From NCBI GenBank assembly GCA_951406725.2, contig OX597827.1, forward strand, positions 84,568,001 to 84,632,000: DNA of 64,000 bases, in the 5' to 3' direction. The position numbers and the translations under genes were made by a program. The notes beneath the pieces were generated by a model that worked only from the letters and a program-made list of their open reading frames with translations, was not told where the DNA came from and did not search any database. Source of the stretch: Octopus vulgaris. Its lineage: Eukaryota. Below, in pieces: positions 1 to 16,050 of this stretch. Every line of letters begins with the position of its first letter. The first letter of the stretch is position 1.

Positions 1-1662
<1,662 letters not shown>

Positions 1663-2634
1663 AATTTGATTGGTAACCGTAGTCTGTAATTAAATCCAGT
1701 TCCTCAATGCTGAACCTATAAAGAGAGTTAATTGATGTAATAGAAACACTGAATAACTCGTTAAAATCATCGAAGCACACACATTGGAAAACAGACATAA
1801 ACACATACACTCGTGCTCATATTATACACACACGCAACGTAGATATACAATCAATCGCGCTTCCATACGTGCCCGCACACAAACACACACACACACACAC
1901 GTATACATTTGTATAGATGCTCGCACCCTTACAGGCACACACATTTTTATGAATGCGCGTTCGCGCGCGCACACTCATACACACACACACACACACACTT
2001 TCTGTGTTTTCTGTCAATCTTCGCCATCGTACACATCAACGTCACGCACCAATGACGTTCACCCTTGAGAAATTCGTCGAAATCAATTTTCTTGTCGTTG
2101 ATATTAATAACTCTTTGATTTTGCCTGACATGCAGAACCTTTTACTTAACTTTCCCGCCAATGGCTTCCATCTGTCTCTTTTTGAACGGAAGTGCTCTCT
2201 CAATTAGCTTCATTACTGCTTCTATTTACACGGCTCTTTCAGTGCCACATTCTATCAGCTGGGCTCTATCCCGGCGGCCAGATTTCAATCCTTCACTCTT
2301 ATATTTAAGCGGTAAATTTTCTGTTCAGGCCAGTTACACATGTTCCAATGCAAATTCTTATCCTCCACTCCCCACGATTATCGTTCCGTTGTGTCGTCAT
2401 CCAGATGCGATCCAGACACAAAAGCTTGACGTGCGGTCCACAAGACATGTTAGCTACATCCTTCGATGAAGACATAATTTTGACTCCCTTAATACACACA
2501 CACGCACACACACACACAAGAATGTCGCTACCAATATTTAGGTCACTAAAATGTTTTATCATTTCTCATGATGGCTTCTTCACAGATATAACAATGAAAA
2601 ATCTACATCATAACTAGTTAGGCTCTTTCTCCCA

Positions 2635-2695
<61 letters not shown>

Positions 2696-3470
2696 GTACA
2701 TTCATCTCTTGGTGGTAACGAATCAAAGAGTAATCATTATCGCCAAGTGTAGAGTGTAAATTATTATTATGTAATTCTCAATCAATATATCCTGACCGAC
2801 ATCTTGGTTTTCTTGTGAACAGCCTGGCAACCAGATGTCTCGGAGTTGGCCATTTTTGTTTTAGTAGAATATAGTTTGTCGTACAATCACATTAATTATC
2901 AACTTACTCGTGTTGCTCTGTTGTTTCAAGAAGGGACCAATGCAGCGCATCACAATACATTGTTTATATGCAAATGTGTTGCCAGGTCAGAAGTGTTCGG
3001 GGAAGATTGGAACCCGTCAGGAAGCTATGCACTGCATTTCGTCAGAGCGAAAATGTCTCAATGTCGACAAATAGCTGTAAATACACCGAGGTAGGTCGCA
3101 GCGCCCCCTAACCTGACTTTTGGGAGCATGTTATCGCTTCAAAAACAGGAATCCATCTGCGTTTGCTTTTCCGGTCTTTGAAGAGGAGATAACCACTTTC
3201 TTACGGGATCGAATATGCTTCAAGCATATCTGAACTGGTAACAAGTTTGTTTTCATACACGTCACCGCCTTAGCGCTGTCACCTCGTACATTGTATCACA
3301 TTACAATACAAAATTAGTAAAACATCAGTCCATAATACTATCATAACATCCTCCAGAGAATTACATGAGAAGTCCTCCTGACTCCTATTTCTAGTATTGT
3401 AGTTTTCCATGTTTCATTACGTCATTATTACAACTATTTTATAAACGCCTCATTATAATCCAAATTCTGA

Positions 3471-3498
3471 AAGTACAGCCATAATTATGGCTGTACTT
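3471..3498. repeat. Perfect 28-bp palindrome
   Basis: aagtacagccataattatggctgtactt equals its own reverse complement. Confidence 0.9.
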
Positions 3499-4705
3499 CC
3501 ATAATTTTGGAATGCTCCGCTTTCCTTTTTACATTCCTTCCTAATATCAATTATTTGTAACCTTTCACTTTTCTCCACACACCTAAATCCCTATTTTCTC
3601 CACAATTCTGGCTCCCTAACTTATTATTCTCTTTCAGTTTCATTCTTTCATCTCCCCAAATTTACTCCTTATTTTCTGCATCCCATTTGAGATCGCTTGG
3701 CCCTTTTCTCGTCGCCTCCCACCCTAATCCCTCCCTACCATCCATATCCCTCTCCCTCATTCAGTATAATTTACACTTTTCTTATTTACAAATAGTTTTG
3801 CGGGTTCAAATAGTTTTGCTTCTTATTCTTGAATATAAAATTCCATCCAACCAACCAAATTCTTGACTCGCTGCAAAAACTCGTCCTCAGCAAAATATCT
3901 CAGCCATTTGCGAATAATCTCATTTATTGTAATACAACACATGCATGCATGCATACATAGCATGTCTCTCTCTATCTGATACTGAAGTACAACTTTATAT
4001 ACAAACACGCACACACATATTTGATATATATATATAAATATATATATACACACACACATAGGTGTATATGTACATATATGTCTGCATATTGGTGTGTTTG
4101 TATATACGTGCGTGCTTATGTATATGTGTATATATGTATATGTTCATATATATGTGTGTGTGTATATATGTGTGTGTGGGAGAGAGAAAGAGATGAAGAC
4201 AAAAGAGAGACTTTGTGAGAGAGAGAGAGAGAGAGGGAGAGAGAGATTCAATTTTTCTATTAGCGAAGATATTGATACATCTGCTTCTTATCAAAATTCT
4301 CCCCCGAAAGTCAAACCCTGCCGTCTCTCCCTGTCCCCACCTCCTCGCTACACATTCAATCCATGTGGGGGTTGTATGTAATAGGGGACAGTGGTGGTCG
4401 GGGGATCAATAGGGCGTGTGTGCGTCTCTGTCCTTCGCCATCCCTACTCATACAACAGCGATATACAATCCCAACTAATGAGGTAACTAGTCACATTATT
4501 GATACCTTACAACCGACAGTAAATCACTTTGGAGTTAAACCTGGGGCTGTTACCGGTGGTGGTGGTCGTGGTTGCATTGGCTGGCGGCGCTGGTGGGCGG
4601 GAACTGATGTTGCAGTGGTGGTAGTTATGGTAGTGCAGCAACAATAGTGGTAGAGGTGGTGGTCGATTCAGTTGTGGTAGTATATACACAAGTGAGAAGC
4701 ACACA

Positions 4706-4760
<55 letters not shown>

Positions 4761-4764
4761 CACA

Positions 4765-5119
4765 TCTTTTATCTTTTACTTGTTTCAGTCCTTCGACTTG
4801 AAGAACTTTTAGTCGAACGAATGGGCCTCAGTACTTATTTGTTTTTTTTTTTTTAGGCCTGGTACATATTCCGTCGGTCACTAATTGTCAAACCGGTAAG
4901 TTACCGGAAAGTAAACACACCATCACCGGTTGTCAAGCGGTGGTAAGGGACAAACGCACACGCATATTTCAGTTTCCTCTTACCAAATCTATTCGCATAG
5001 CTTTGGTCGGCCCGAGACTATAGCAGAAGGCACTTGCCCAAGGCGACATGCAGTGGGACTGAACCCGAAACCAGGTGTCTGAGAAGCAAGCTTCTTACCA
5101 CACAGCCACTTCTGCGCCT
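4765..5119 (-). mobile_element. tRNA-derived SINE, family A
   Basis: Reverse complement matches the plus-strand copy at 43702-44113 from head (ggcgcag.agtggctgtgtggtaag, B-box-like gggttcagtccc) to tail (gaaacaagtaaaaga). Confidence 0.85.
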
Positions 5120-5319
5120 TTGGACTGGATTGGGTTGCCTATTTTCTCTTCCGTGCAGGACGAATGCCACAGCTTGTTCTCTCCACCAATCACAATCTGA
5201 CGGTCTAGTGTGAAGGCCATGAATTTGCGCGTAAGATCATACTGGTTTGATGAGCCTGCCCTGCCACACTGGCTCCACATGGCTTGGCGGTGGGATGCAG
5301 ATTTTTATGCTCTTACTCA

Positions 5320-5480
5320 GGAGTAGTTAAGCCGATTACGCCGACCCCCATTGCTCAACAGGTCCTTATTTTATCGACCCCCGAAAGGATGAAAGGTGAG
5401 GACGGCCTTGGTGGAATTTGAACTCAGAACGTAAGGACGGACGAAATACTGTGAAGCATTTTCGCCCGGCGTACTAGCGA
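5320..5480 (-). mobile_element. tRNA-derived SINE, family B
   Basis: Reverse complement of gagctggcaga...ttctgagttcaaattcc...cctttcatcctttcggggtcgataaa seen at 19598-19786. Confidence 0.8.
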
Positions 5481-6031
5481 GTCTGCCACCTCACCGTCTA
5501 CGCCTATATACATTCTGCTGGTGTATAATAGATGTCTAATCAGTGCTGGTGTGTTTGTGTGTGTGTGTGTAATAAAGATGTATAGAGAATGGTGGGCAAA
5601 ATAGATTTATTTTTCAATAATTATTATTAATGATGGTTGATATTTTAGTTGGAAGTAATTTGAGAAAGAGCCTCCTTGCCTCTGCCCCCCCCCCACCCCC
5701 CATAGGCCTTACAAGGTGTGGTTAGCAATGTGGCAGCGGTAATAGGACATCTTATACAGTTTTGTTAAAACTACGAGTTATTGATGAGAAAAATGGAAAA
5801 CTGGTGAAAAAGAAGATAAAAAAATGTCCGATTTGTTACATCTTCATTACGTCTTTAGAAAATTAACTGAAGGGGCTCCTTCATTCTTGCTTCACCCCCT
5901 ACTTCCCCCCATTATTTCACACCTTCCTAAACTCTTTCTTCCTCTCTCTCTCTCTTTCTATCTCTCTCTATCTCACTTTCATGTCACCCTTTCTCACTCT
6001 TACTCTTTATCTCTTTCACTCTCTCTTTCTT

Positions 6032-6090
<59 letters not shown>

Positions 6091-7130
6091 CTTCCTTTCT
6101 TTTTTCCTCCTCTCTTTATTTCCCAACCGTTTTCTTTTAGTCTCTTCTCCCTTTTAATCCACTCATTTCGCTTCTCCCTCGCTCTTACCCCCCCCCCTGT
6201 CTCTGTCTCTCTATCCGTCTCGCTGCTACTTATTTCTCTTTTACAAGACACTCTCTCCCTCTCTCCCTCTCCATCCCTGTCTTTTCTATATAAAAGTTAA
6301 TTACAACCAAGTGGTCCCTTACACCACCGCCTCGATGTTCACTGCCCTTTATACATTTCTCTGCTGACCCTAATTTCTTAGAAATTCCTCTGCCCTTCGC
6401 TGTAAAGAAACATTGCGGTTGTGGGCGGAATTGATTGATTTCGTTCTCACCTTCCGTTCATGAGGATTAATAGTTCGAGATCCCGTACCTGACCACCAGG
6501 ATATACAGCCATATTTCTCACAAACCCTTCTTTAACATCTTAAAACGAAATGGATACATTAGATGTTGTAGTCTGAGATAGACTATGCCTGGAAAACGAA
6601 GGTTAGATCATCATTTGACCCGAACTTATCTGAGTCCAAATAACAATGAGAGACATTTTAACTAAATCTTACTCTGTGTCTAAGCAAAAGAGGAGATAGT
6701 CACGGTCAGAGCGTCTTTTGATCCTCATTCTTGATCATAGTTTACTCCGGGTTAAACAAACCTTCGAGTCTGTCTGTATGTCTGGCTTCCCTTGGTAATT
6801 CTGTCAAGATACCGAGATTTGAAGTTCGTTTTTGTTGCTACTGTAAGTAAATAAGAGATATGAAGAGATACGAGGGAGGTTTGAGGGCGGTTTAAGGGAA
6901 ACGTGAGGGAAATATCTTCTGTTTTGCTTGGCACAAGAAATATGACACCCACAACTGCATCCAATTCGCGTTTCAACAAATATTGTTTTTCATTTTCTTT
7001 TTTTTTTTATCTGGTAAAAGCGATTGTGGCTCGAGTTTAAGCAGGTTTGGCGTGTTGACAACACAAGTCATAACAGTTTTGTAAACACTGATAAAATATA
7101 AATAAATAGCTGAAAGTACACATATAATGT

Positions 7131-7295
7131 TAACTAGGGATGTCACAGATTACCTGGGTGGTGTCACCGATTGAAATACACAATACAGGGTATCAGAGAT
7201 TAAAATATATTAACTGGGTGGTGTCATTGATTAAAACACATTACCTGGGGTATCATAGATTAAAATTTATTAACTGGGGTATCATAGATTATAAT
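7131..7295. repeat. Degenerate minisatellite of about 30 bp (taactggggtatcatagattaaaa-like units)
   Basis: About five imperfect tandem units visible. Confidence 0.65.
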
Positions 7296-8747
7296 ACAAC
7301 ACAACAAAAGGACTTCCGGAAGCTCAGTCAGCCTGCTAGAAATAACAGCAAAATTTCTCTGAAAACCACACCTCATCGTCTTAGAAAATGAAGGATTCAC
7401 TAAATATTGTAATATTGAAAAAGAATAAAAGGCTCAGGTTCGTGATGCCTTTGATCATAGATTTACTGGCTCAGCTGTGGCCTAGGGCTAAACAACGACT
7501 TCAACAAGAGATGAAGATCTATAAACCTGGCGATTGTGTCATTAATTATGTCACTAATTATGATGTAAGAGTTCAGCCATCACAGCTTTCAGAATCGGAA
7601 ATGAAATGATAAAAGTTAATTAGTGTATTGAGTGTGTGTGTGTGTGTGTGTGTGTCTGTCTGTCTGTCTATGTGTGTCAGTGTTTGTGTGTGTGCGTGTG
7701 CGTGTGCGTGCATGATTGTGTCTGTGTGTGTGATCAACACAAGCGGTACGAAATTAGGAGGTTTCTAAATGGTCACCCAGACTGCTAGAAACAGCAGTTA
7801 TATCTCTGAAATAACACCAAATCACCCCCTCATTTATGACACTAATGCCATCCCTATCACCACCACCATAGCTACTAACAGCACTACAACTTTATTACGC
7901 TGCCACCACCACTGCATCCAACACTCACCATGACCACCACTACAAAACACAATGCATTGGATAATAGCCTATTAGAAATATAAGACCGGACAGTCATGGC
8001 TGGGATGTCTTTGATCCCATATCGATTTATTTAGGGCTAAGTGGAAGCTGAATAAATAGCAGTCCTTGACCCCCTAGCTTCCATCTTTTCTAGCACAAAA
8101 TTGAGACATTTCTGGCCAGGCTGGAATAATTAGTTAAGGAAGTCATCTTGAAACTGTTTTCAGGTGAAAGTTGAATAACTGAATTTAAGCAACGGTTTTG
8201 AAGACGTTGAGATTTCAGCAATCGGGATTGCAATTATCAATAAATAACGATTGATTGAAAGTATTGAATAAAAAATCGATTTCAAGCAAGACTTGGATTG
8301 ATCTGATTCTCCTCAATGAACAACTCGGTGGTGTGATGTTGTGGCGTTCAGATGCAAGATGTTGGCAGGCGTAGATTGGCGGTGGAGACGTGTTCAGTGG
8401 CGTTGAAGAGGTGTGGAAAGGTGTAGCTCTACATGTGTAAAGTGGAAACTGAGGGTGTAAATATGAGGTGTGGAAGAGTAACGAAGCGGGAGTGCAGATG
8501 TGTATGTGTTGAGGTGGAAGAGCAAAGGTGTGTGGAAAAATAGAGACGAAGGTGTGTGTGTGTGTGTGTGTGTGCAGGGTTAAACAGTAAGATTGTATGA
8601 AGTACCAACAAAAGATTTATTATTGCTAAAACAAAATATCGAAATGGAAACAAGTTATTGAGGATCGAACGAGAGAACCTGGGAATGTCCGTCTAATAAA
8701 AAGCCTGTAATATCATCAATGGATGATACAAGACGAGGGAGAGAGAG

Positions 8748-8810
<63 letters not shown>

Positions 8811-8929
8811 AAGAAAGTAGAAGTTAAGCTTTCACCGTTTTATGACCAGTTGGTGACTTCCAGCATATTGGAGAGAGTTAATAATGGGGACTGATAGATG
8901 TATGGTGTACACACACACACACGCGCGCG

Positions 8930-8973
<44 letters not shown>

Positions 8974-9041
8974 TATAAAAGTACATGCCTATATATGTAT
9001 ATACATATATATATATACAGAAATATACATGTACTTTTATA

Positions 9042-9078
<37 letters not shown>

Positions 9079-9302
9079 GTACGTGTGTATATATATATAT
9101 GTATCTATACATATACACGCACAAACACACATCCATGAAATCACATATACACACGCATTTCTATACGAACTGGTTGGTATAAAAGGCGGATATATTCAGC
9201 AACACGTATCATAGCTGAACGTTTCCATACATACATACATATACACACACGCAATCACACTTACACATACACACACATACATATGCAAACACATATGTAT
9301 GA

Positions 9303-9340
<38 letters not shown>

Positions 9341-9354
9341 CTACAAGTTATATA

Positions 9355-9400
<46 letters not shown>

Positions 9401-9532
9401 TATATAATATATATATAGATATATATATATTTATATATATATGTGTGTGTGTGTGTGCACATGTACATACATACACGCATATATATGCATACACACACAA
9501 ATATATCTATCTATATATATTTATATATCTGA

Positions 9533-9585
<53 letters not shown>

Positions 9586-9939
9586 GGTGTACAGGTACAT
9601 ATGTATCATTTACGCACACCTTGATATATTTGCATATAATCATATATACATTTGTATATGTGTGTGTATATGCATACATACGCACACAAACACACGTCTT
9701 GATATAGATCTATGTATCAGCACACACACACACACACATATATATACGAGTGGTGCATGTGTATATATACATATGTGAACATGTGTATTGGTATTTTGCA
9801 GCTGTATGTGTGTGCATGCATATATATACACGCTTACGCCCCTACACATGCATAATACAGAGAAGAAGGCCTCCTATATGAAAGGCTGACATTAACTTGA
9901 ACTAACAGGTGATTATAAACTGTTCTAACGCTTCAGTAC

Positions 9940-9965
9940 TCACACACACGCACACACACACACAG

Positions 9966-10008
<43 letters not shown>

Positions 10009-10196
10009 CGCACACACACGCACACACACACACACACACACGCACACACACACGCACACACACACACACGCACACACACACACACGCACACACACACACA
10101 CACGCACGCACGCTACTCACATGCAGAGAAACACAGTAAACTCACTGGCACGTACAACATGTTAAATGCACATATACACACACATGCACAAGCACA

Positions 10197-10232
<36 letters not shown>
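9940..10232. repeat. (CA)n/(CACG)n microsatellite tracts
   Basis: Directly visible; similar tracts at 13017-13161 and elsewhere. Confidence 0.95.
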
Positions 10233-10240
<8 letters not shown>

Positions 10241-10617
10241 ACTAGTATATCTAAAATTAAGCAGACCATACGCACACATATCTGGTGATAAATATACATT
10301 GAAATACATCTCAGCATCCAATTTACTGTTTGCTGTATACATTCACATCACAATACACACACACATAAGCACACGTCTCATCTACATGCACACATGCATG
10401 CGTGTGTGCATGCATGCATGCATGTATGGATGTATGTATGTATGTATATATGGATGGATGGATGCAAACCATGCTTTTATATATATGTTATGTGTGTGGA
10501 TAAATGTGTGTATACACTTATACGATACATTTGTGTGCGCGAGCGCGCGTATACACATAGATTGGGAAGGAGACAGGGAGTTGAGAAACGAGAAATAAAA
10601 AAGGGGATGATGGATTG

Positions 10618-10654
<37 letters not shown>

Positions 10655-10707
10655 TATGACACTCATACTTCTCTATCTGTTTGGGCGTATATATAGATAT
10701 GCATGTA

Positions 10708-10739
<32 letters not shown>

Positions 10740-10838
10740 CGTATATACCTACGTTGTTATGCATGTGTTTACAACATACATTAAATGTGTACTAACAGGT
10801 GATTAGTAATAGCGCTCACACACACACGCGCTCACGCC

Positions 10839-10890
<52 letters not shown>

Positions 10891-11719
10891 TTATTGCCGA
10901 AGTCTCCGCTGCAAAGTCTGCATCAGTTCCACAGAAAATCGATGTAGAAGCTGTATATTAAGCTGACTCACAGAACCAATCAGTTCTCATAAAACCTTTC
11001 TCATACGGACAAATAATAGGATTGCGAGGCGGAGAAATGGTGGGGCGGCGGTGGTGGTGGCGGCGTGGCGTAGTGGTGGCGTGTGTGTGGTGGGGGAGTA
11101 GTGTCACAAAATGGTGTTATTCTCTGCTTTTCTCGAAATAATGATCACAACACCAGCGAATTATCGTTTGCAACATTTTGAGACATCCACAAGAAAAGAC
11201 ATCATGTAGAATAGTTGCTGTTTAGTTTCAGGTCAATCCTGATTCAGCATACACACCAACAAAGCATTCCATCCGTGACCATTCCGTGTTTTTCACAAAA
11301 CCTAAAATTTCGTTTTGAAATATGCATTTAAAAAAAAAATTCGACGAGGCTGCTACATAATGTTTCTGCCGAGATAACATGGCTGCAAGATGGGCACCAT
11401 CTTTGTCGTCTGTTAATAAATCAAGGTTAATGAACTAACTGAGATTATTAGCAATATCTTGTAGGGGACATTTCAATGATTGATAGTGACTGAGATGATT
11501 ACAAGTAGGTGACAACGAAATGATTGAATTATGATTAAGATGACTATTCCAGATGCAAAGGCCATATTCTATTCTGTGCCTCACCTGTCACAGGTATAGA
11601 AACCCTCTAGATCTGTGACAAGATGGAGAAGTGTTTGTAGCTGTAAAGCGGAAGGTTAGTCTCTATCCAATGGACAGAGACATTCACAGTTAAAATGAAA
11701 CCCAGCATTTATAGCAATC

Positions 11720-12720
11720 ATGAAGGATCTAGTTGTGTGCTGTTTATATTTAGTTTATGTAGTGTACGAAAATATTTTTTTGATGTGTATAATGAATATG
11801 GCTGTTTGATATTGAAGTCATATTTGGCGACGTCAACGTGAAATCCACTGAAAGTCGTTTTCGAGTGTCTGTTCAAGGATTTGGAGTGTCCTGATGTGTG
11901 TTGCATTTAGATGACACTTGGGGTAGGAACGTTAGAGATGAAGGGTGATATCTGAAGGGTGATATAAGAGTGAGCGTTGTTGGTGGTGGTAGAAAGTAAG
12001 TCGTTACTATATAGGACGAAAATTGCAAAATGTAAAAAACGAACCTTGGATGACAGATTTGAGTGCGAGCTCATGAGCCTTGTAGTACGATTCAATAAAC
12101 GAAGGATAAACTGATGCAATAGGAGTGCAACCATGCAAGATTTTCCTGTTGCACAGGGTCGAATGCTTGGCTGATGTCGAATGTAACAGGACGGTTGTCG
12201 CCTAATATCTCGAAGGCGATGGCTCTATGATGAGTGTCTTGGGACAATATACCTCATAGGGATCAGGAATTACGGAAGCCATTCTGCTGGATATTGAAGA
12301 GTTACGAACTTGGTGGATCTTATTCATGCCACCTCTCCCCAGACATTGTTGTCTCTCTCATCCTTTCTCGGCACGCATATTCTGTTTATCTCGCCTTGTT
12401 TCACATGAATTCTTTACTCCATGACGTAGCAACCAGCCAAAGGACTGAAAGTGATATGAGGAGAACGCGATGGGGAGTCAGTACAGAATGTGGATTTGTG
12501 GTGGCAGTAAGGCAATGGTATGATTAGCCGATAGGTGCAGCCTCGATGATAATTTGGCAGAGTTTAGATTTGGAAGAAGAAAAATTAAAGGCGTCTGGCA
12601 TTTAAATACCAGTCAATAGTGTTTGTAGGGGGTTGTTGGTGAGGGATGTAAGGGACGAATTGATGGGGAGAGGGAGGAGTGGGTTATGAGAAATCTGTCA
12701 GATCAGAGCTGCTCCTTCCG
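11720..12720 (-). mobile_element. Heavily decayed CR1/Jockey-group LINE reverse transcriptase fragment
   Basis: Minus-strand translation QQNGFRNS...VTFDISQAFDPVQQ resembles the RT motifs QxGFRxxRS and LDISKAFDRVWH; many stops. Confidence 0.6.
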
Positions 12721-13043
12721 GAACCCAGTACAGTAAACTACATCAAAGTGTGGTACCTGCCTATAGTTGTTATTGTCTTGGGGTCATGGACACTGTACAG
12801 TGAACTATCCTACACTGAGGTACCTACGTCTAGTTAGTTGCAATGAATTGCTGATAGTGACGTTTCTTGTCCAAAGCGATCGATTGTAATTGATTGTCCA
12901 TTACTGAACTCCAAACTTTAACTCAAAGTCATTTCGCATCGCACCTCTTCGAAGGGCGTCGCCTCCACATTGTTCGCCCTACTTTATACTTTCTTTCCAA
13001 CAATATCAATCAGTTGCACGCACACACACGCACGCACACACAC

Positions 13044-13164
<121 letters not shown>

Positions 13165-14497
13165 AAAGAATAATTTCAAATTAAAAAAAAAGAAATGGGA
13201 GCATTTTTTTTTTCATTTGTTAGAATTGGTGAAGAAGCTAAATGCAGCAATAATTGATGGTAACCGAGGGTTGACTGGTGGTATAGGTTCTATTCTAGCG
13301 ATTGTGATTACTAGGTTGACTGGGAATGTAGATTCTATTAATGGGAGCTCACTCTCAGCGTCTCTGTAGAAATGTAAGCATGAATGAAGACATTAGCTTC
13401 GAACCCAGCTTCCTAACTGCAGTTATTTGACATTTGAAGAAAGAAGGCGACAAGGAAATCTGTAATTTTTGTGCAATGATGGAATTGAGTGAATGAAATT
13501 GGGAAGACTTTCAGTCTACACGATGACAGTAACGAGAGAAGATTATTGGAATGTGATGGAAAGCAGAAACATCTCGGCAGTAATTTTCAATCCAAGAGGG
13601 AATCTATCAATATGAGAGGGGTTTAAGAAATTCTTTCGACATGTTACAGCAGCAAAGAATTTGACTGAAATTGACCAGAAAATATCCATTATTGTGGCCA
13701 AACTTGTTAAAAGATCGCCATCTTACTCATTAGTCATTACTCATTAGTCAAGTAAAAAGTCAAAGAAAAATTATGAGGAAAGAAAAAACTAAATTTTTCT
13801 GGTTTTTAGAACATTTTCCCTGATCTTGGTCTTTTAGGTAATTAAAGGAAAACAGAAAACGGGAGTATTCCATGAAGATCTCTAAAAATAGTAAAGCTAT
13901 TTTACATCTAAATATACCATTTAGATGGTACTTTAGTCAGGTTTTTATTCTCGAATATTTTATATGCGTTAGTTTCGTTAGTTTCGTCTAAACAAACTCT
14001 GAACAACAGAAAATCTGGTGGTTTCCGTTTGAAGGCACTTTTTTAACTTCATCTTTTTTTGTTTTTCAATTGTTTAATGTATGTCACCATATTTTGTGAA
14101 CATTAACATCGCTGATGACACGTTTGTAACAAACCGATCGCTATACACGACACCGAAACTTGTACGCAGACACACATCGATATTATCATGAACACAAAGT
14201 ACTCAATATATAATGCAAGATGCGATATTTAGTGATAAACAGCAGATTATGTGATTATGAATTATGAGTTGATGTGTCATCTCCGGGAAAATCCCTAAAA
14301 ATAATCTTTCTGTGAGAGGCGATATAAATATGCAGTGACTTATGTCGCTTTAATCCTTCTCAGCCTGACCGGAAGCGCTGACCATGGTTTTGTTTTAAAA
14401 AGTAATTCATTAGAAATCTTTGCAGATATTCGTATTGTGTGGTTATTCATCGTCTGATCCTTACCTAGGGACAATGATTGCGTCGCGACTACAACTG

Positions 14498-14547
<50 letters not shown>

Positions 14548-15710
14548 AACGTTTGGATTTCTTGAACAAGACCCTAAACTTGCGCCTGGTGACATGGCTT
14601 CAGTTCGGAAGTTCAGGAGTTTTGAGGAGTGTGGAGTTACCCTTTTGTCACTTCTACTCCCAGCTCCATTCTGGCCCTGGATGGTGGTACCAATCAAACA
14701 TCTCAGTTAAAAGTCACAGAGCAGAATATGGTCATGCGACTAAGGCAAACTAAGACTTATAGGCGAGCCCCTAGACATGGGTTACACAGATTCATCGATT
14801 CTATTGCTGTTTCATGAACCATACCCCCTGCCTAAAAGATAAATGTTTCTCCTCAAGGCCCGGCAAAATAGGAGACAAACTGTAAATAAATTAAGAGAAG
14901 GCAACCAAGAACCGTTTCTAAGTCCACCAGTTATTGAAAAAAACAAAAAACAAAAAAAAACAGCAGCATCTCGAACATGTATGATAAAGCAATGTATGTT
15001 AGAGAGGGTAGTATCATCCTCTCATGATGTGGAGAGATGCTGTGCCTTGAAGAATCAAGCTACAAATCGCTCTGAGTCATTCCTCTGATTTTCCTCATCG
15101 TCATAAGACTTTCATCAGGGGTGATCTGCGTCTCAACAATAACAACAACAGCAACAACTCTCGGTATTATCTCCTTGTTCCATAAGAAGCAATAACATTT
15201 CTAGAATTATTTCATGTATCATCAACATTGTCTTCATATTTTATTGCACCAGTAAACTTTCTGGGTGGTGGCGAGTTCCTTTTTAAATGGCTGCAAATTG
15301 ACGGGATGAGTATGGTGGGTGTTTCAGATGGGTTACAATATGGAAGAGACAGGGGAGTCAAAAATGTAAGTAGAGAGGACACGAAACCAGCCAAGACCAA
15401 GAAACAAGGGGCATCTTTGTAGCAGTAGAAAAAGTTGAGTTAGGGGACGGCACATTTGTAAGTCAGAGACTGGAGTTCAAACTACGGGAAGTCAAATGTA
15501 GTGAGATTAATTCAAGAGTTGATGGTTGGTACCTTGCATTGTAAACAGTCGGCAATGCATTCGCTCGCGCCACTTTCTCCGTCAGGTGAGAGCTTTAAGG
15601 TCTGATATAATTTTTTATGTATCAAATGGTTGGCTTAGGTAAATGTCAGGGAAAGAACAGTCGATTCAGTCAATGCGGTACCACTATAAAACAATAATAA
15701 AGTCCGTTCA

Positions 15711-15746
<36 letters not shown>

Positions 15747-15750
15747 CCAA

Positions 15751-16050
15751 TTGGCAGAGTTGTTAGTACATTAAGATAGATTGTTTTTCGATAATCGTTT
15801 CGGCTCTCTCCATTCTGAGTTCAAATACCTATTTCTTTATTACCCACAAGGAGCTAAACACAAAGGGGACAAACAAGGACAGACATAGGTATTAAGTCGA
15901 TTACATCGACCCCAGTGCGTAACTGGTACTTAATTTATCGACCCCGAAAGGATGAAAGGCAAAGTCGACCTCGGACCGCCGAGATCAACTTTGCCTTTTA
16001 TCTTTTCGGGGACGATAAAATACCAATCCTATACTGAGATCGATTCTTTT
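15751..16050 (+). mobile_element. SINE family B copy interrupted by an opposite-strand 3' fragment of a related SINE (about 15830-15974)
   Basis: Head ttggcagagttgttag...ctgagttcaaatacc, then an antisense core, then the sense core ccgagatcaactttgccttttatcttttcggggacgataaaa. Confidence 0.7.

Noticed and set aside
2010-2460. Unique-looking stretch with partly open minus-strand frames
   Set aside because: No recognisable motif and contains stops; cannot be assigned
7131-7295. CRISPR-like array
   Set aside because: Degenerate tandem units without unique spacers, eukaryotic context, no cas genes. The same holds for the 100-bp repeats at 26405-26700
14105-14170. CTGATGA...GAAActtgTA hammerhead-like spacing
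   Set aside because: Stem I and the base of stem II do not pair; likely chance
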